Origin: an uncultured virus (IMG/VR IMGVR_UViG_3300035183_001077)
Taxonomy: Duplodnaviria; Heunggongvirae; Uroviricota; Caudoviricetes
IMG/VR virus record: IMGVR_UViG_3300035183_001077
Length of the DNA: 64,000 nucleotides
Reading direction: 5' to 3' (one strand)
Positions 30,472 through 40,432 of the stretch are shown here, in pieces (position 1 is the first letter of the stretch; the number at the start of each line of letters is the position of its first letter). Made by a program: the position numbers and the translations under genes. The notes below the pieces were generated by a model. That model had not been told where the DNA came from, searched no databases, and worked only from the letters and a program-made list of their open reading frames with translations.

Positions 30472-30867
30472 ATGGCAGCTAATCTCACGAAAGAAATTAA
30501 TCTGCTGATTAAATTTGCGAAAGAGGCTGCTCGTCGTCTGCGGTATCAGAATGAGAAGAAGGCCGAAGTTACCGCCGCAGCCAAGATCATAGCTGATCTC
30601 CTTGCAAATCGTGGTTATATTGAACCTTATGAGAAAGTGGCTACTGTTAAGAAACTGATGGATCATGGTGAGGCAGTTCGTATTCTTCATGAAGTTCTTG
30701 AGAAACAAAAGACGAAATCGGCTACACTTAATGGTTTTACTACCGTGAAAGTAGCCAGTGCCGGTAATGGCGCAAGCGATCCGGCAAGAGTTAATTACCG
30801 TGGTTATGTACCTATTGATCAAACAATTGCGGGAAGAAAGCTTAAATCTTCTCTTCTCGGAGAATAA
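30472..30867 (+). CDS. hypothetical head assembly/core protein
   Basis: GAGGA RBS; IKFAKEAA, EKKAE, EKVAT, TKSAT, VKVAS. Confidence 0.65.
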   Translation: MAANLTKEINLLIKFAKEAARRLRYQNEKKAEVTAAAKIIADLLANRGYIEPYEKVATVKKLMDHGEAVRILHEVLEKQKTKSATLNGFTTVKVASAGNGASDPARVNYRGYVPIDQTIAGRKLKSSLLGE

Positions 30868-30873
30868 TAAGAT

Positions 30874-31437
30874 ATGTCGCCGAAAACAGTAATTAAAAAC
30901 CTGACCAGCTCTGAGCTTTTCCTTGGTTTTGTTCCTCCTAATGGCGTCAAGGTTGCCGCTAATGGAAGCGTAACGATTGATGGAAACATTCTGGCAGAAC
31001 TGGCTGCCAGATCGAATAAAACTGCCAGGCAGCACTTTGCGGCTTTTGTCCAGGCTATCAGAGATAAAAAGATTGATGCGTATGTAGTCCCTGGTTCTGT
31101 TCACGTAGTGAAGGAAGTTACTGCTAATACTACTGTAGATGCCAATGATGGATCGCCGCAACTGGTTGTTGTTAATGGCTCTGGTGCTGTTACTTTGACA
31201 TTACCAGTTCCGCGTGTTGGACTGGTAGTGCGAGTAATTAATCGTGTAAATCAGAATTTGACAGTAAATGGTGTTACTGGTGTGAAATTTGTTGCTAACA
31301 GCAATAATAATGCTAATTCGGTTGCTTTTACGACTGCTGCTGAAAACAAAATTGGCGCTGCAGTCGAATTTGTCGGTGTCAGCGATACTCATTATGCCGT
31401 ATTTACTTTGTCTGATCATACATTGACAGTTTCATAA
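30874..31437 (+). CDS. putative head decoration/fibre protein
   Basis: V/A/N/T-rich beta sequence with AVTLTLP...GLVVRVIN; in the head module. Confidence 0.5.
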   Translation: MSPKTVIKNLTSSELFLGFVPPNGVKVAANGSVTIDGNILAELAARSNKTARQHFAAFVQAIRDKKIDAYVVPGSVHVVKEVTANTTVDANDGSPQLVVVNGSGAVTLTLPVPRVGLVVRVINRVNQNLTVNGVTGVKFVANSNNNANSVAFTTAAENKIGAAVEFVGVSDTHYAVFTLSDHTLTVS

Positions 31438-31521
31438 TAGAATTGATATTTCATAGCGAAAATTTGTAAAATATTAATAGAACGGGATATTAATAACAAA
31501 TAAGAATAGACGAGGTAAGCC

Positions 31522-32109
31522 ATGCCCAACCCGCGACAGATGTTCGATCATGCTCTTGACGCGATTAAAGGTTACTGGCATGAATATGCTCTGGATATTC
31601 AGGGAAAGATTCATAACGATCAAAAGAACTGGCCGATTTTTGCCGGTGCTGTATTGTACATAGATGAGACCATTCCAAACAGCAATACCTCAACGAAAGT
31701 GCAGGTTGTTTTCAAAGCCGGTACTCCTAAGTCCGGTACTGATGGAGTTATGGGCTGCTTTGTGTGGCAGAATTTGAACGATTTTGATGTTGTTAACGAT
31801 GGTGGTGATGTATGGAAAGGTATAATTCCATCCGACGTTGGTGTTCTGAATTGCCTTGTTGCTAAAGGCGCTTATGAATTGCAGACAACGGAATATAAAA
31901 CCACAGATACTTTTACACCAAACAAGAAAGTATATGGTCATCCTGGTGATGCTGCTGGTAATGAAGCCGGTATTTTGACTACGGCGTCTTCTGTAACTAT
32001 AGGCAGTAACACTATCAACCTTTCTGTCTGTGGTGTCGTTTCTCAGGGTGTAACGACGAATTACAACGACGTCAGCGTCCTTACCTTCTGGCCGGTTTAT
32101 CTTGGCTAA
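31522..32109 (+). CDS. putative capsid decoration/cement protein
   Basis: GAGG RBS; G/T-rich beta protein immediately upstream of the major capsid gene. Confidence 0.55.
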   Translation: MPNPRQMFDHALDAIKGYWHEYALDIQGKIHNDQKNWPIFAGAVLYIDETIPNSNTSTKVQVVFKAGTPKSGTDGVMGCFVWQNLNDFDVVNDGGDVWKGIIPSDVGVLNCLVAKGAYELQTTEYKTTDTFTPNKKVYGHPGDAAGNEAGILTTASSVTIGSNTINLSVCGVVSQGVTTNYNDVSVLTFWPVYLG

Positions 32110-32158
32110 TTAACAAACGAGGCAATAAACAGCATAAAACTAAATAAGGGTATAGGTC

Positions 32159-33088
32159 ATGTACGAACACGAACGAGAAGTGCAGGAACTCAATCAACGA
32201 TTCTTGCAGGCCCTGACTACACCCGGCATGGAGAAGGTAGCTCAGGATGAAGTTACTGAATTTACTCGTACATACGTACTTGAAATGGGATTCAAGCGTA
32301 AGATTCTCCCTCCTATTCCGATTAGCCCTGATAAACTGGATCGCCGGTCTGATACTGATAAACCTTACGTAATCGTGGATAAGGAACCTGGTATGCCTCC
32401 GGCTATCAGCGTTCCTCTTGGTACGCTGCCGACAGGTTTCTACATCCGTGGGCCTCGTTACGAAGTTAAATTCCAGAGAATTCTCAGCCCGAAATTCTAT
32501 AAGGATATTGGTGAACTGGCTACGTATCGTATGGATATTCGTCAGGTTCTGGCTGATAAGATTGTTAAAGTAATTCAGTTCGAGGAAGACAGCAAATTCC
32601 TTAAAGCTGTTGATTCCATCCTTGTTGGTCCTAACACGAATGTTCCTCGTGTTGGTGTGCCGCTGTGGCGTCAATTTGTTGGTGGTTTGTCCCGTGTCAA
32701 CTGGGTTGAATCTACGAAGATTATGGCTTCTACTAAATTCCACCTTGAACCCAGCTGCATGTTGCTCAATACGCTGACTTATCGTGAATTCCTGAAATGG
32801 GGTCGTGATGAGTGGGGTGGCGATGTTGCTGCCGAGATTATTCGGACTGGTAATGTTATCGAATCTATCGACAATATTAAATTGATTCTGACGATTAAAC
32901 ACGAACTCGTACCGACGAACACGATTTACTACTTTGCCGAACCGCGATTCCTTGGTAAGTTCTTCGTCGTAGATGATATTACAATGTATGTGAAGAACAC
33001 GGCTTACATCATTGAATTCTGGGCTTACGAATTCATCGGCTCGGCAATCGGCCACGGCGCTGGTCTTGCTCGTGCCGATTTCGTGTAA
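32159..33088 (+). CDS. major capsid protein (HK97-fold predicted)
   Basis: 309 aa; F.RKILPP, E-loop-like segment, spine-helix-like DIRQVLADKIVKVIQFEEDSKFL, C-terminal FWAYEFIGSAI; codon bias typical of high expression; MEKVA/Q candidate cleavage site. Confidence 0.8.
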   Translation: MYEHEREVQELNQRFLQALTTPGMEKVAQDEVTEFTRTYVLEMGFKRKILPPIPISPDKLDRRSDTDKPYVIVDKEPGMPPAISVPLGTLPTGFYIRGPRYEVKFQRILSPKFYKDIGELATYRMDIRQVLADKIVKVIQFEEDSKFLKAVDSILVGPNTNVPRVGVPLWRQFVGGLSRVNWVESTKIMASTKFHLEPSCMLLNTLTYREFLKWGRDEWGGDVAAEIIRTGNVIESIDNIKLILTIKHELVPTNTIYYFAEPRFLGKFFVVDDITMYVKNTAYIIEFWAYEFIGSAIGHGAGLARADFV

Positions 33089-33118
33089 TAAATAAAAAAT
33101 AAAAACAGGAAACCTGAT

Positions 33119-33370
33119 ATGCTTAGCAAACAAGCTCAGTGGCACATTTATTCCGGAGTTATTAAAAAAGCTTTCGCTGCTCATGGGTATGATTTGTCTG
33201 ACATGGATGTACAGGCTGTTACGCAGCTGGTTGATCAGCTTTTGCATCATAATGCCAGTTTGATGAACGAAAAAAGAGCAGCTTTTACAAAAGAAGCCAG
33301 TGCCCAACCTGAAATCAGTTCTCTAGCAATAAGCTGGATTTATGACGCGGCTCTGAACAATGCTCTCTAA
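33119..33370 (+). CDS. small hypothetical protein with K-x-A motifs
   Basis: SKQAQ, IKKAF, EKRAA and TKEAS in 83 aa. Confidence 0.65.
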   Translation: MLSKQAQWHIYSGVIKKAFAAHGYDLSDMDVQAVTQLVDQLLHHNASLMNEKRAAFTKEASAQPEISSLAISWIYDAALNNAL

Positions 33371-33378
33371 TTTTATAA

Positions 33379-34245
33379 ATGCCGTCATTAGACGATTTAA
33401 TTGTCGTTTCGCCAGCCGTTACAAAGTTTGAGAACTCCCCCGTTTGGGAGAAGTTGCGTTCTGTTGAGATTTACCAGAATTCTAAAGTTAAATTGCGTTT
33501 GAATTTTTTAACTAATGATGGTAGAAATGTGGATTTTTCTGGGATAACCGGTTTATCGTTACCTAAACTTCGTTTATTTGAAGTTACAGGACTTGATCGC
33601 CGTATGCTGATTGAAGTAGAAGGTACAGCAATTGATGAATCTAAAGGTCTTGTAGAGTTTGATTTGACTGGAAAGACAAATCAACCTGGAATTTATTATG
33701 GAAATTATTTTAGAACAGACAGTTCTGGAAATCCTGTTGTTGTAACGCCAATGTACATTTCTATAATTCCTTCATTATTAAACGTAGATACATCCGGGCC
33801 ATTGATGATCGGGCCTATAAGCAGTAAAGAATTACAGCTGGCAATACGTGGCAGTTCTCCTGTAGAAAGTACACTGCTTATGGCAATTGAATTTGACTTA
33901 TCTGAAATTGTTCAAGCCTTACGTTGGCCTGTGGAATTCTGGAATACAAGTGCTCCTGATATTGGTGTTTATTATCATACGGGTAACTTCCCATACAAGT
34001 ATCAGTGGGTTGAGGCTGCTATTGGAGAACTGCTTATTCTTGGTGCTCACCGCTACAGAAGAGACCACTTACCTAACAAAGTTGAGGGCGGTCTAGCTCT
34101 GGATGATTTGAACAAATTTGCTCCATACGATCAGGCAGGATGGCAAAGACGTCAGGTTTATCAACGTTTTGTCCGCAACCGCAAAGTTACACTCGATATC
34201 GCCGGTGGTTATGGAAGTGTCCGCGGCGTTATGACCCGTTTCTAA
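33379..34245 (+). CDS. putative head-tail adaptor/neck protein with N-terminal Ig/BppU-like domain
   Basis: Beta-rich N-half (KGLVEFDL...PGIYYG), helical C-half; follows the capsid gene. Confidence 0.5.
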   Translation: MPSLDDLIVVSPAVTKFENSPVWEKLRSVEIYQNSKVKLRLNFLTNDGRNVDFSGITGLSLPKLRLFEVTGLDRRMLIEVEGTAIDESKGLVEFDLTGKTNQPGIYYGNYFRTDSSGNPVVVTPMYISIIPSLLNVDTSGPLMIGPISSKELQLAIRGSSPVESTLLMAIEFDLSEIVQALRWPVEFWNTSAPDIGVYYHTGNFPYKYQWVEAAIGELLILGAHRYRRDHLPNKVEGGLALDDLNKFAPYDQAGWQRRQVYQRFVRNRKVTLDIAGGYGSVRGVMTRF

Positions 34246-35081
34246 AAATTATAAATCAAAACTTCTGTTATTTTAAATCGTGAAGATAATCTAGCCCCAA
34301 CATGGTAAAAGTGATCTATCATTAGATATTTGTATTTTCCAGGTTTTATCCAGAACGTATCAGCATAGATGTTTATTTTCTTACCATCATCGTACCATGA
34401 CGATAAGATAAATTTGCACGGTAACCTTTGCAATATACGAGCCAGTTCTTTTTCATCTTTTTCTGACCATAGATTGTAATAATTCGTGTTTCTATTGACG
34501 TAAGGCGGGTCAACATAAACCAGATCATTTTCTTTCACACTCTTTAATATTTCTTTGTAATCACCACATACAAACTGCCAGTTTTTTGATTTAATAATTT
34601 CTTGTGTTTTTCTGACGATATTGACTACTTTTGTTATGTAGCTTTTAGTAAATTTACCAGGCCTGCGACAGAAAGGTGTATTGAATTTTCCAGAACTGTT
34701 GAAGCGTATCACTCCATTGAAACATGCCCGACTTAAAAAAATAAAATCAAGAGAATTAGGAACTGCGTTGAATTTGTCGCGTATTTTGTAATACGCCGCT
34801 CCATTAGAGTTTTTTAAGCGTATGCTGATTTCTTCCAGGTATTGTCGTACCTTCTCTGGTGTGATAGCGTCTAATTGTAAGTCTTTGTAAAGTTGTGTAA
34901 TATGTGGATTGATATCTGATAGAACTGCTTTATCAGGTTGCAGGTTCAAGGCTACAACGCCGGAACCGCAAAAAGGTTCATAGTACGTATCAAAGGAAAT
35001 GTTGGAACACAAATTTAGTATATGAGGAATCAGCCTGGTTTTTATACCCTGGATTTTTAATGGAGGTAAAATGATCGACAT
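34242..35081 (-). CDS. orphan N6-adenine DNA methyltransferase, M.EcoRV-like
   Basis: PPLKIQGIK, EPFCGSG, FNGVIRFNS, DPPY and HFYHVGA, as recalled for M.EcoRV. Confidence 0.85.
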   Translation of the reverse strand: MSIILPPLKIQGIKTRLIPHILNLCSNISFDTYYEPFCGSGVVALNLQPDKAVLSDINPHITQLYKDLQLDAITPEKVRQYLEEISIRLKNSNGAAYYKIRDKFNAVPNSLDFIFLSRACFNGVIRFNSSGKFNTPFCRRPGKFTKSYITKVVNIVRKTQEIIKSKNWQFVCGDYKEILKSVKENDLVYVDPPYVNRNTNYYNLWSEKDEKELARILQRLPCKFILSSWYDDGKKINIYADTFWIKPGKYKYLMIDHFYHVGARLSSRFKITEVLIYNF

Positions 35082-35084
35082 GGG

Positions 35085-35855
35085 TTAATACTTAATTTTC
35101 TGCAGAATAGTAACCATTTTACTATTAATATCCACTCCGCATATGTATTCTCCTACATCTCTTCCTAACTTATCTGTCGAGAACAAAATTACATCATCAG
35201 TTAGAAAATCAATTGGACGTAATTGATTTATTCCATGTTTGAATATTGTGTCATAGTCAATAGTAGATATAAGCTCTAAGCGGGGAAATGTTAGTACATG
35301 TATTCTACTATCCAAAATACTCTCGACATCATCATCATCGAAATATTCAGCATCATGTACGCAAAAAGCAATCCTAGACATATCCTGATTGATTATATAA
35401 GGTTTAGACGCATCGAATATAATTATTTCTTCACAATATTCTTCTCCCATGTCTTTCTCATTGGGAGATCTTACCCAAACTGCATGGCCTTCTTTTTGAG
35501 CGGATATCTCATTGCCTTTGAAATTTAGCCGGTAAGTTATTGCGATCACTTCTTTAGATTTATTTGACCAGCCAAGAATAAGCATAATATGCTTATCTTT
35601 ACAGCTATTTGCATTTTTAGGCAGTATTTTCAAGTGAAACGGGGTAAAGCTCTTCCCGTATTCAGTGTTTGTTTCTTCGTTACGTATGACAAATGACCAA
35701 AATGAAATAAGCTTTTTTTCATAAATCATGCTTCCTTGTTTACTGTCGAAACACACAACAATCACGCTGTGATGGTTATTGTGAGAGGTAAAAGCAAAAA
35801 CGTACTTGAAATCGCTATTGTCATAAGACCTGTTTAGGGTTGTTGTGCGGTACAT
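35085..35855 (-). CDS. accordion family protein (divergent member)
   Basis: 256 aa beta-rich; similar size and C-terminal pattern to neighbours. Confidence 0.65.
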   Translation of the reverse strand: MYRTTTLNRSYDNSDFKYVFAFTSHNNHHSVIVVCFDSKQGSMIYEKKLISFWSFVIRNEETNTEYGKSFTPFHLKILPKNANSCKDKHIMLILGWSNKSKEVIAITYRLNFKGNEISAQKEGHAVWVRSPNEKDMGEEYCEEIIIFDASKPYIINQDMSRIAFCVHDAEYFDDDDVESILDSRIHVLTFPRLELISTIDYDTIFKHGINQLRPIDFLTDDVILFSTDKLGRDVGEYICGVDINSKMVTILQKIKY

Positions 35856-35868
35856 TGTTCATCGTGTT

Positions 35869-36546
35869 TCATATTTTCTGATTGTAATACAAAAGGCCAG
35901 TTTCAATATCATAAAACTGGCCGAAGGTCTTACCCAACGACAAATCATGGTATACAACGGCTAGTGCTTTGTCGTTTACCAGATTAACATGTTCTATTCT
36001 TTTAATATTCTTACCAATTGGTATAGTTAATTTGAATACCTGATCTCCAGTGAGTATGTTCCAAATTATTACACTTAATTGATTGTTATCATAATTATCA
36101 TATTCCCGTATCGTGGTAGCAAAGCCGAACAATTCAGGTCTGGTTGGAACTTGCAATAAATTTTCTACAACGTAACCAACCCAATAGCGAATATTGAGAA
36201 CATGAATATCGTAGCAAGGGTTGGCTTCGATAGTACCATTATTATTTTCCAACCTGTAAGCAAGATATTTCATTTGTGCAGACCGGCTGCTTGTATAATG
36301 GAAAGCTATAAGTATCAGAAAATTGCCTACATGATAAACACTGCAAACTTCATGGTCTTTTATCAATCGTTCCGAACGTTTGTCAGGTAAAGTTACAATC
36401 TTCAGAATTGAGCAATGCTGTGCGTCTGTTGGATGTATGCCGTACCTATTACGATCTGGAGCTTTTAATTTTTCTACTTTAGCGACAAAATGTAAGCTAT
36501 CAATAATTCCGCACGTATATCCTTTACCATACTTCATAGTTTTCAT
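35869..36546 (-). CDS. accordion family protein (WD40-like blades)
   Basis: VIIWNILTG and FYDIETG. Confidence 0.7.
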   Translation of the reverse strand: MKTMKYGKGYTCGIIDSLHFVAKVEKLKAPDRNRYGIHPTDAQHCSILKIVTLPDKRSERLIKDHEVCSVYHVGNFLILIAFHYTSSRSAQMKYLAYRLENNNGTIEANPCYDIHVLNIRYWVGYVVENLLQVPTRPELFGFATTIREYDNYDNNQLSVIIWNILTGDQVFKLTIPIGKNIKRIEHVNLVNDKALAVVYHDLSLGKTFGQFYDIETGLLYYNQKI

Positions 36547-37145
36547 TCTTGTTTCTCCGTTGTTATTGATATAACAGGCATACGGTAATCAAGATCATAC
36601 ACTAACGCTCCTGAGTAAAGATAAACAATTATCAAATTGTTATAAAACTCAATATTTTCATATCCGGAAACACTGTCGTGGTTATTTATTTCAAAAACGT
36701 GCTGCAGAACTATTTTGCCTGTTTCCAGTTCCCAGACGACGAGTTTAAATTTTTTTGCTTCACTGTTGGCTGCGCTGCGATCTTCAAACCATGTGGCCGC
36801 TAAATTCTTATCTGGGTGAAATGCTATTGACTGCCTGTCTACTATATCTTTGACTGGCAAAGCATAAAGAGGTTCGATTTCTGATGGTGATAGTATCTTA
36901 AATACAAAAATATTATTCCCCCCATCAATATCTGGTATGACCAGTAGATATTTGCTGTTATGAGAAACCAGTACAATCCAATCTCCATGCGGCGAAATCA
37001 CATAAGGCCATTTATATATTTTGCCAGTGTCCAGTTCAAGGACTTTGATTAGTGATTCATCTTTTTTGATAGAAGAATATGTATTTACGATAACGTAGTC
37101 ATGGTTACCGTATCTGAATGCTCGTCCCATTGCAGTATCCACCAT
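36543..37145 (-). CDS. accordion family protein (WD40-like blades)
   Basis: SIAFHPD, LVVWELETGK and VYDLDY. Confidence 0.7.
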   Translation of the reverse strand: MVDTAMGRAFRYGNHDYVIVNTYSSIKKDESLIKVLELDTGKIYKWPYVISPHGDWIVLVSHNSKYLLVIPDIDGGNNIFVFKILSPSEIEPLYALPVKDIVDRQSIAFHPDKNLAATWFEDRSAANSEAKKFKLVVWELETGKIVLQHVFEINNHDSVSGYENIEFYNNLIIVYLYSGALVYDLDYRMPVISITTEKQE

Positions 37146-37786
37146 CTAGCATCTACTGGTTCGTGATATATACCGGTATTTTCCGGATAGAATAAGATTT
37201 TATTGTTATTTATAAATTCCAACGCACCAATACTGGTTTTGGTATGTTTTAAGGCTTTTGAAAAGATTATTTTACCAGTATGTAATTTCCAAACCAGAAT
37301 ATTAGATATCGGCAGGTTATGTGTATGCTTTTGGCGATCAAACGAGAATACTGCTACAGCCAGATTATTGTCTGGTGATATTGCCAGTGTTTCTACACCC
37401 GACACGTATCCTAATGGTAAATAGAAATCTATATAAGGGTATCTAAAGTCATGTTCATCATATTCTGAAGAAATTTCATAAACTTTTTTGAATAATACTT
37501 TATTTCCAGTTATTTCCGGGGTTATACCAATTACACTGAAAGTATATTTCAATAAAACAATTTTATTGTCGCTGGAAACTTTAATATCGTAAAGTTTATC
37601 TGTTCTTTTATCAAACCATTCTGGAACGGTAGCGAATCTGTATGGTATTGGAAAAGAGGCCAGAGAAGTAACGTTTACGATATATGCCTGGCGGAAATCC
37701 TTTTCCGAGGTTACTATGATGTGGAGCTCATTGTTTATTTCTATCGTTCTTTTTGTCAGGTTCATCTTCAGTTCTCTTGGAAGCAA
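37085..37786 (-). CDS. accordion family protein (WD40-like blades)
   Basis: LAISPDN and ILVWKLHTGK. Confidence 0.7.
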   Translation of the reverse strand: MLPRELKMNLTKRTIEINNELHIIVTSEKDFRQAYIVNVTSLASFPIPYRFATVPEWFDKRTDKLYDIKVSSDNKIVLLKYTFSVIGITPEITGNKVLFKKVYEISSEYDEHDFRYPYIDFYLPLGYVSGVETLAISPDNNLAVAVFSFDRQKHTHNLPISNILVWKLHTGKIIFSKALKHTKTSIGALEFINNNKILFYPENTGIYHEPVDARWWILQWDEHSDTVTMTTLS

Positions 37787-38171
37787 CTAATTTATCGTTT
37801 TCAATAAATTCAAAAGCATGAGTTACTACTTGCGTAAGCCAGTTCAATAAGGCGAGTTTTACTAAATCAATGAAATTATCTGGTATATTTTTCTTATTCT
37901 TCAGTATTTTATCAATGTAGTCAAACGATAAAGCAGACTGATCAAGCCATATTCTAACCGTACTCCAGGTGATATTCCTAACCACATTTTCGATTAACTT
38001 GGATATTGGTAAATCTGAGTTTTTGTCAGCCAATTGTTTAAAAACTATCATCAGATATGCACCGACACAGCGAGGGTCATCAACCATTTCCTGGGAAACT
38101 TTTTGTGATAACAAAGCTAATTTATCGTAATTTAAATATTCCTTGATTTTCTTTATTTCTGGTGTTTTCAT
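37728..38171 (-). CDS. hypothetical helical protein
   Basis: 147-aa ORF interrupting the array. Confidence 0.6.
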   Translation of the reverse strand: MKTPEIKKIKEYLNYDKLALLSQKVSQEMVDDPRCVGAYLMIVFKQLADKNSDLPISKLIENVVRNITWSTVRIWLDQSALSFDYIDKILKNKKNIPDNFIDLVKLALLNWLTQVVTHAFEFIENDKLVASKRTEDEPDKKNDRNKQ

Positions 38172-38185
38172 AGGTGGTACCGCCT

Positions 38186-38872
38186 TTATTGCCTTTTACG
38201 TGCATCAATAATCTCGCAAGTGCTGACTTTAACAATGTAAAGTGCTCTAGGTTGATCACCTGAGTCTGTCGAATAAATTTCTTCATATATTATTAATTGG
38301 TCGTTGTCAATGAAACTTATGTGCGGGAAATCCCTTGCATTCTCGTAGTAATATTGTATTCCAAGAACGTCTGGTAATTTACATGCGGCAATAGGCGAAA
38401 GATAATTAATTTCTTCGTTTGTTAATTTCCAGAATGCTAGATGCGAATCATACATAATTGGGGAATCGTCCTTACGTCCACATGCAACCATCACACCGAT
38501 TGTAGTTTTATCCGGTGAAACTAAACAGTGCCTTAGCAGGAAATGAGAAAACGATGGGAAAATCCGTTTCATATTCCATGAAACAATTCGTATTGGTTCA
38601 ATGAATACGTGATGTATTTTACTATTAATTGCATATTCAAGAGAATAAAGATCCATTGTCCCGCTTCGCAAACCTACAAGTAAATAATTGCCGTCAATAC
38701 ATGTTATTAATTTTATTCTTTCGTCAGCAGAATCGAAATCAATAAGTTCGATACAATTGTTGCATTTATTACATTTGCATGTTGCTGACGAGTATTGCAA
38801 TGACAATTCCCAACTATATTTTATATCCAGCCAGAATGTTATATCTTCTTTTACCCAGGCAAAAGGGCTCAT
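38186..38872 (-). CDS. accordion family protein
   Basis: LVSPDK, LAFWKL and ISFIDNDQL. Confidence 0.7.
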   Translation of the reverse strand: MSPFAWVKEDITFWLDIKYSWELSLQYSSATCKCNKCNNCIELIDFDSADERIKLITCIDGNYLLVGLRSGTMDLYSLEYAINSKIHHVFIEPIRIVSWNMKRIFPSFSHFLLRHCLVSPDKTTIGVMVACGRKDDSPIMYDSHLAFWKLTNEEINYLSPIAACKLPDVLGIQYYYENARDFPHISFIDNDQLIIYEEIYSTDSGDQPRALYIVKVSTCEIIDARKRQ

Positions 38873-38892
38873 GCCGTGCTACCTGCGTTTGT

Positions 38893-39639
38893 TCATGTCT
38901 GGTTATTTGATACTTGTACAGTAAGTGGTTCGACAGCTGTAATAATCTTCATAGTAAGATCATAAATCAGGCTATAACTTTTCAAGTCTCCCTTTTCAGA
39001 CTTTATTGTAATACCTAATCGCATTTGATCTTCATTTATAATTTGCAGGTAATCTTCAATTAAATCGCACTCATATTGTAAACCAATCTCAGTAATTCGA
39101 TGAGTAAGATCGTTGTCAATTATAAGGTCTTCTGAAGGACTGCCTATTTTCCATAACAACATAGGACAATTTATAGTTCTATTCCTATAATTGTAAATCC
39201 TTGTTATCATACAGAAGTACTTGATATCCGCATTATATGACATAAATGTGTTAATTCTACGTTGAATAGGGTTGTATCTATAATGGTAATACTTTTTATA
39301 AAAATCAGATATATCGGTACTGTATAGTTCCTTAACGAAGGCTGCGTCTCTATAAATCTTTTTTATCTTGCCAAATTTGATAAAGTAATGCTCATCATTT
39401 GGATATCTCTCTCGCTCATTAAATACATAAACAATATAGTCATCCGACGTAGCTGTCATAAATTCAAAATCTGAGGAATAGGCTGGTGTACGACCTTCTT
39501 CAAAAACGCCAAGTATTTCTCTTTTATTATCAACTAGTACCCAATATGATGAACCACTGTAAACATTCTTATAACATGCCAACTTATAATCTTTATCCTC
39601 ATAATGGAATATATCAGCTATATCGTTATTTTTACTCAT
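38893..39639 (-). CDS. accordion family protein, close paralogue of 39681
   Basis: YEDKDYKL, MLLWKIGSP and YDLTMK. Confidence 0.75.
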   Translation of the reverse strand: MSKNNDIADIFHYEDKDYKLACYKNVYSGSSYWVLVDNKREILGVFEEGRTPAYSSDFEFMTATSDDYIVYVFNERERYPNDEHYFIKFGKIKKIYRDAAFVKELYSTDISDFYKKYYHYRYNPIQRRINTFMSYNADIKYFCMITRIYNYRNRTINCPMLLWKIGSPSEDLIIDNDLTHRITEIGLQYECDLIEDYLQIINEDQMRLGITIKSEKGDLKSYSLIYDLTMKIITAVEPLTVQVSNNQT

Positions 39640-39680
39640 GCCGTGCTACCTGCCTTTGTTCATGTCTGGTTACCTGATAC

Positions 39681-40415
39681 TTATACAGTGAGTTGCTCGA
39701 CAGCTGTAATAACCTTAATGATTGGATCATAAACAAGGCTATAATTTTTCCAATCTCCATTTTCGGACTTTACTGTAATACCTAAACGTATTTGATCTTC
39801 ACCTATGATTTGCAGATAATCTTCAATTAAATCGAATTCCTGTTGTGAGTTAATCAATTGTAAGTCAGCCATTCGATGAATAAGACCATTGTCAATTATG
39901 AGGCTATCTGACGGATTTCCTATTTTCCATAATAATATTGGGCATTCCTGCATTATATGTTTGTGATCATAAACCGTTCTTATCATGCAGAAGTGCTTGA
40001 GATTTGCATTATATGCCATAAAGGTATTAATTCCTGGTTCAATTTCCTTGTATTTATAAAAATAATACTCCTTATAAAAATCTGATATATCGTGCCGATA
40101 TAATTCTTTGATTAAGACTTCGCTTCCGTTAATTTTTATCGTGCCAAATTTAATAAAGTATTCCCAACGTGGATAGATATTCACCTCAGCAAATATATAA
40201 ATAACATAGCCATCCTGCGTAGACGTTATAAATATAAATTTTGAAGCCTTGGCAATCCTACTATCTTCTTCAAAAATATTAAATATTTCTCTTTCATTAT
40301 CAACAAGTACCCAATATAATAAACTAGAGACTGACTTATAAGGTTTCAATTTATAATCCTTTCCCTCATAATATAATGTATCGGTTAAACCGGTATTATT
40401 TGTGTTATTGTTCAT
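39681..40415 (-). CDS. accordion family protein
   Basis: YEGKDYKL, ILLWKIGNP and YDPIIK. Confidence 0.75.
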   Translation of the reverse strand: MNNNTNNTGLTDTLYYEGKDYKLKPYKSVSSLLYWVLVDNEREIFNIFEEDSRIAKASKFIFITSTQDGYVIYIFAEVNIYPRWEYFIKFGTIKINGSEVLIKELYRHDISDFYKEYYFYKYKEIEPGINTFMAYNANLKHFCMIRTVYDHKHIMQECPILLWKIGNPSDSLIIDNGLIHRMADLQLINSQQEFDLIEDYLQIIGEDQIRLGITVKSENGDWKNYSLVYDPIIKVITAVEQLTV

Positions 40416-40432
40416 GCTTTGTTATCTGTTAT

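Noticed and set aside
32081..33307. 408-aa antisense ORF opposite the major capsid gene (also 30430-31161)
   Set aside because: Likely shadow ORF from the codon bias of highly expressed sense genes; no RBS or protein-like motifs
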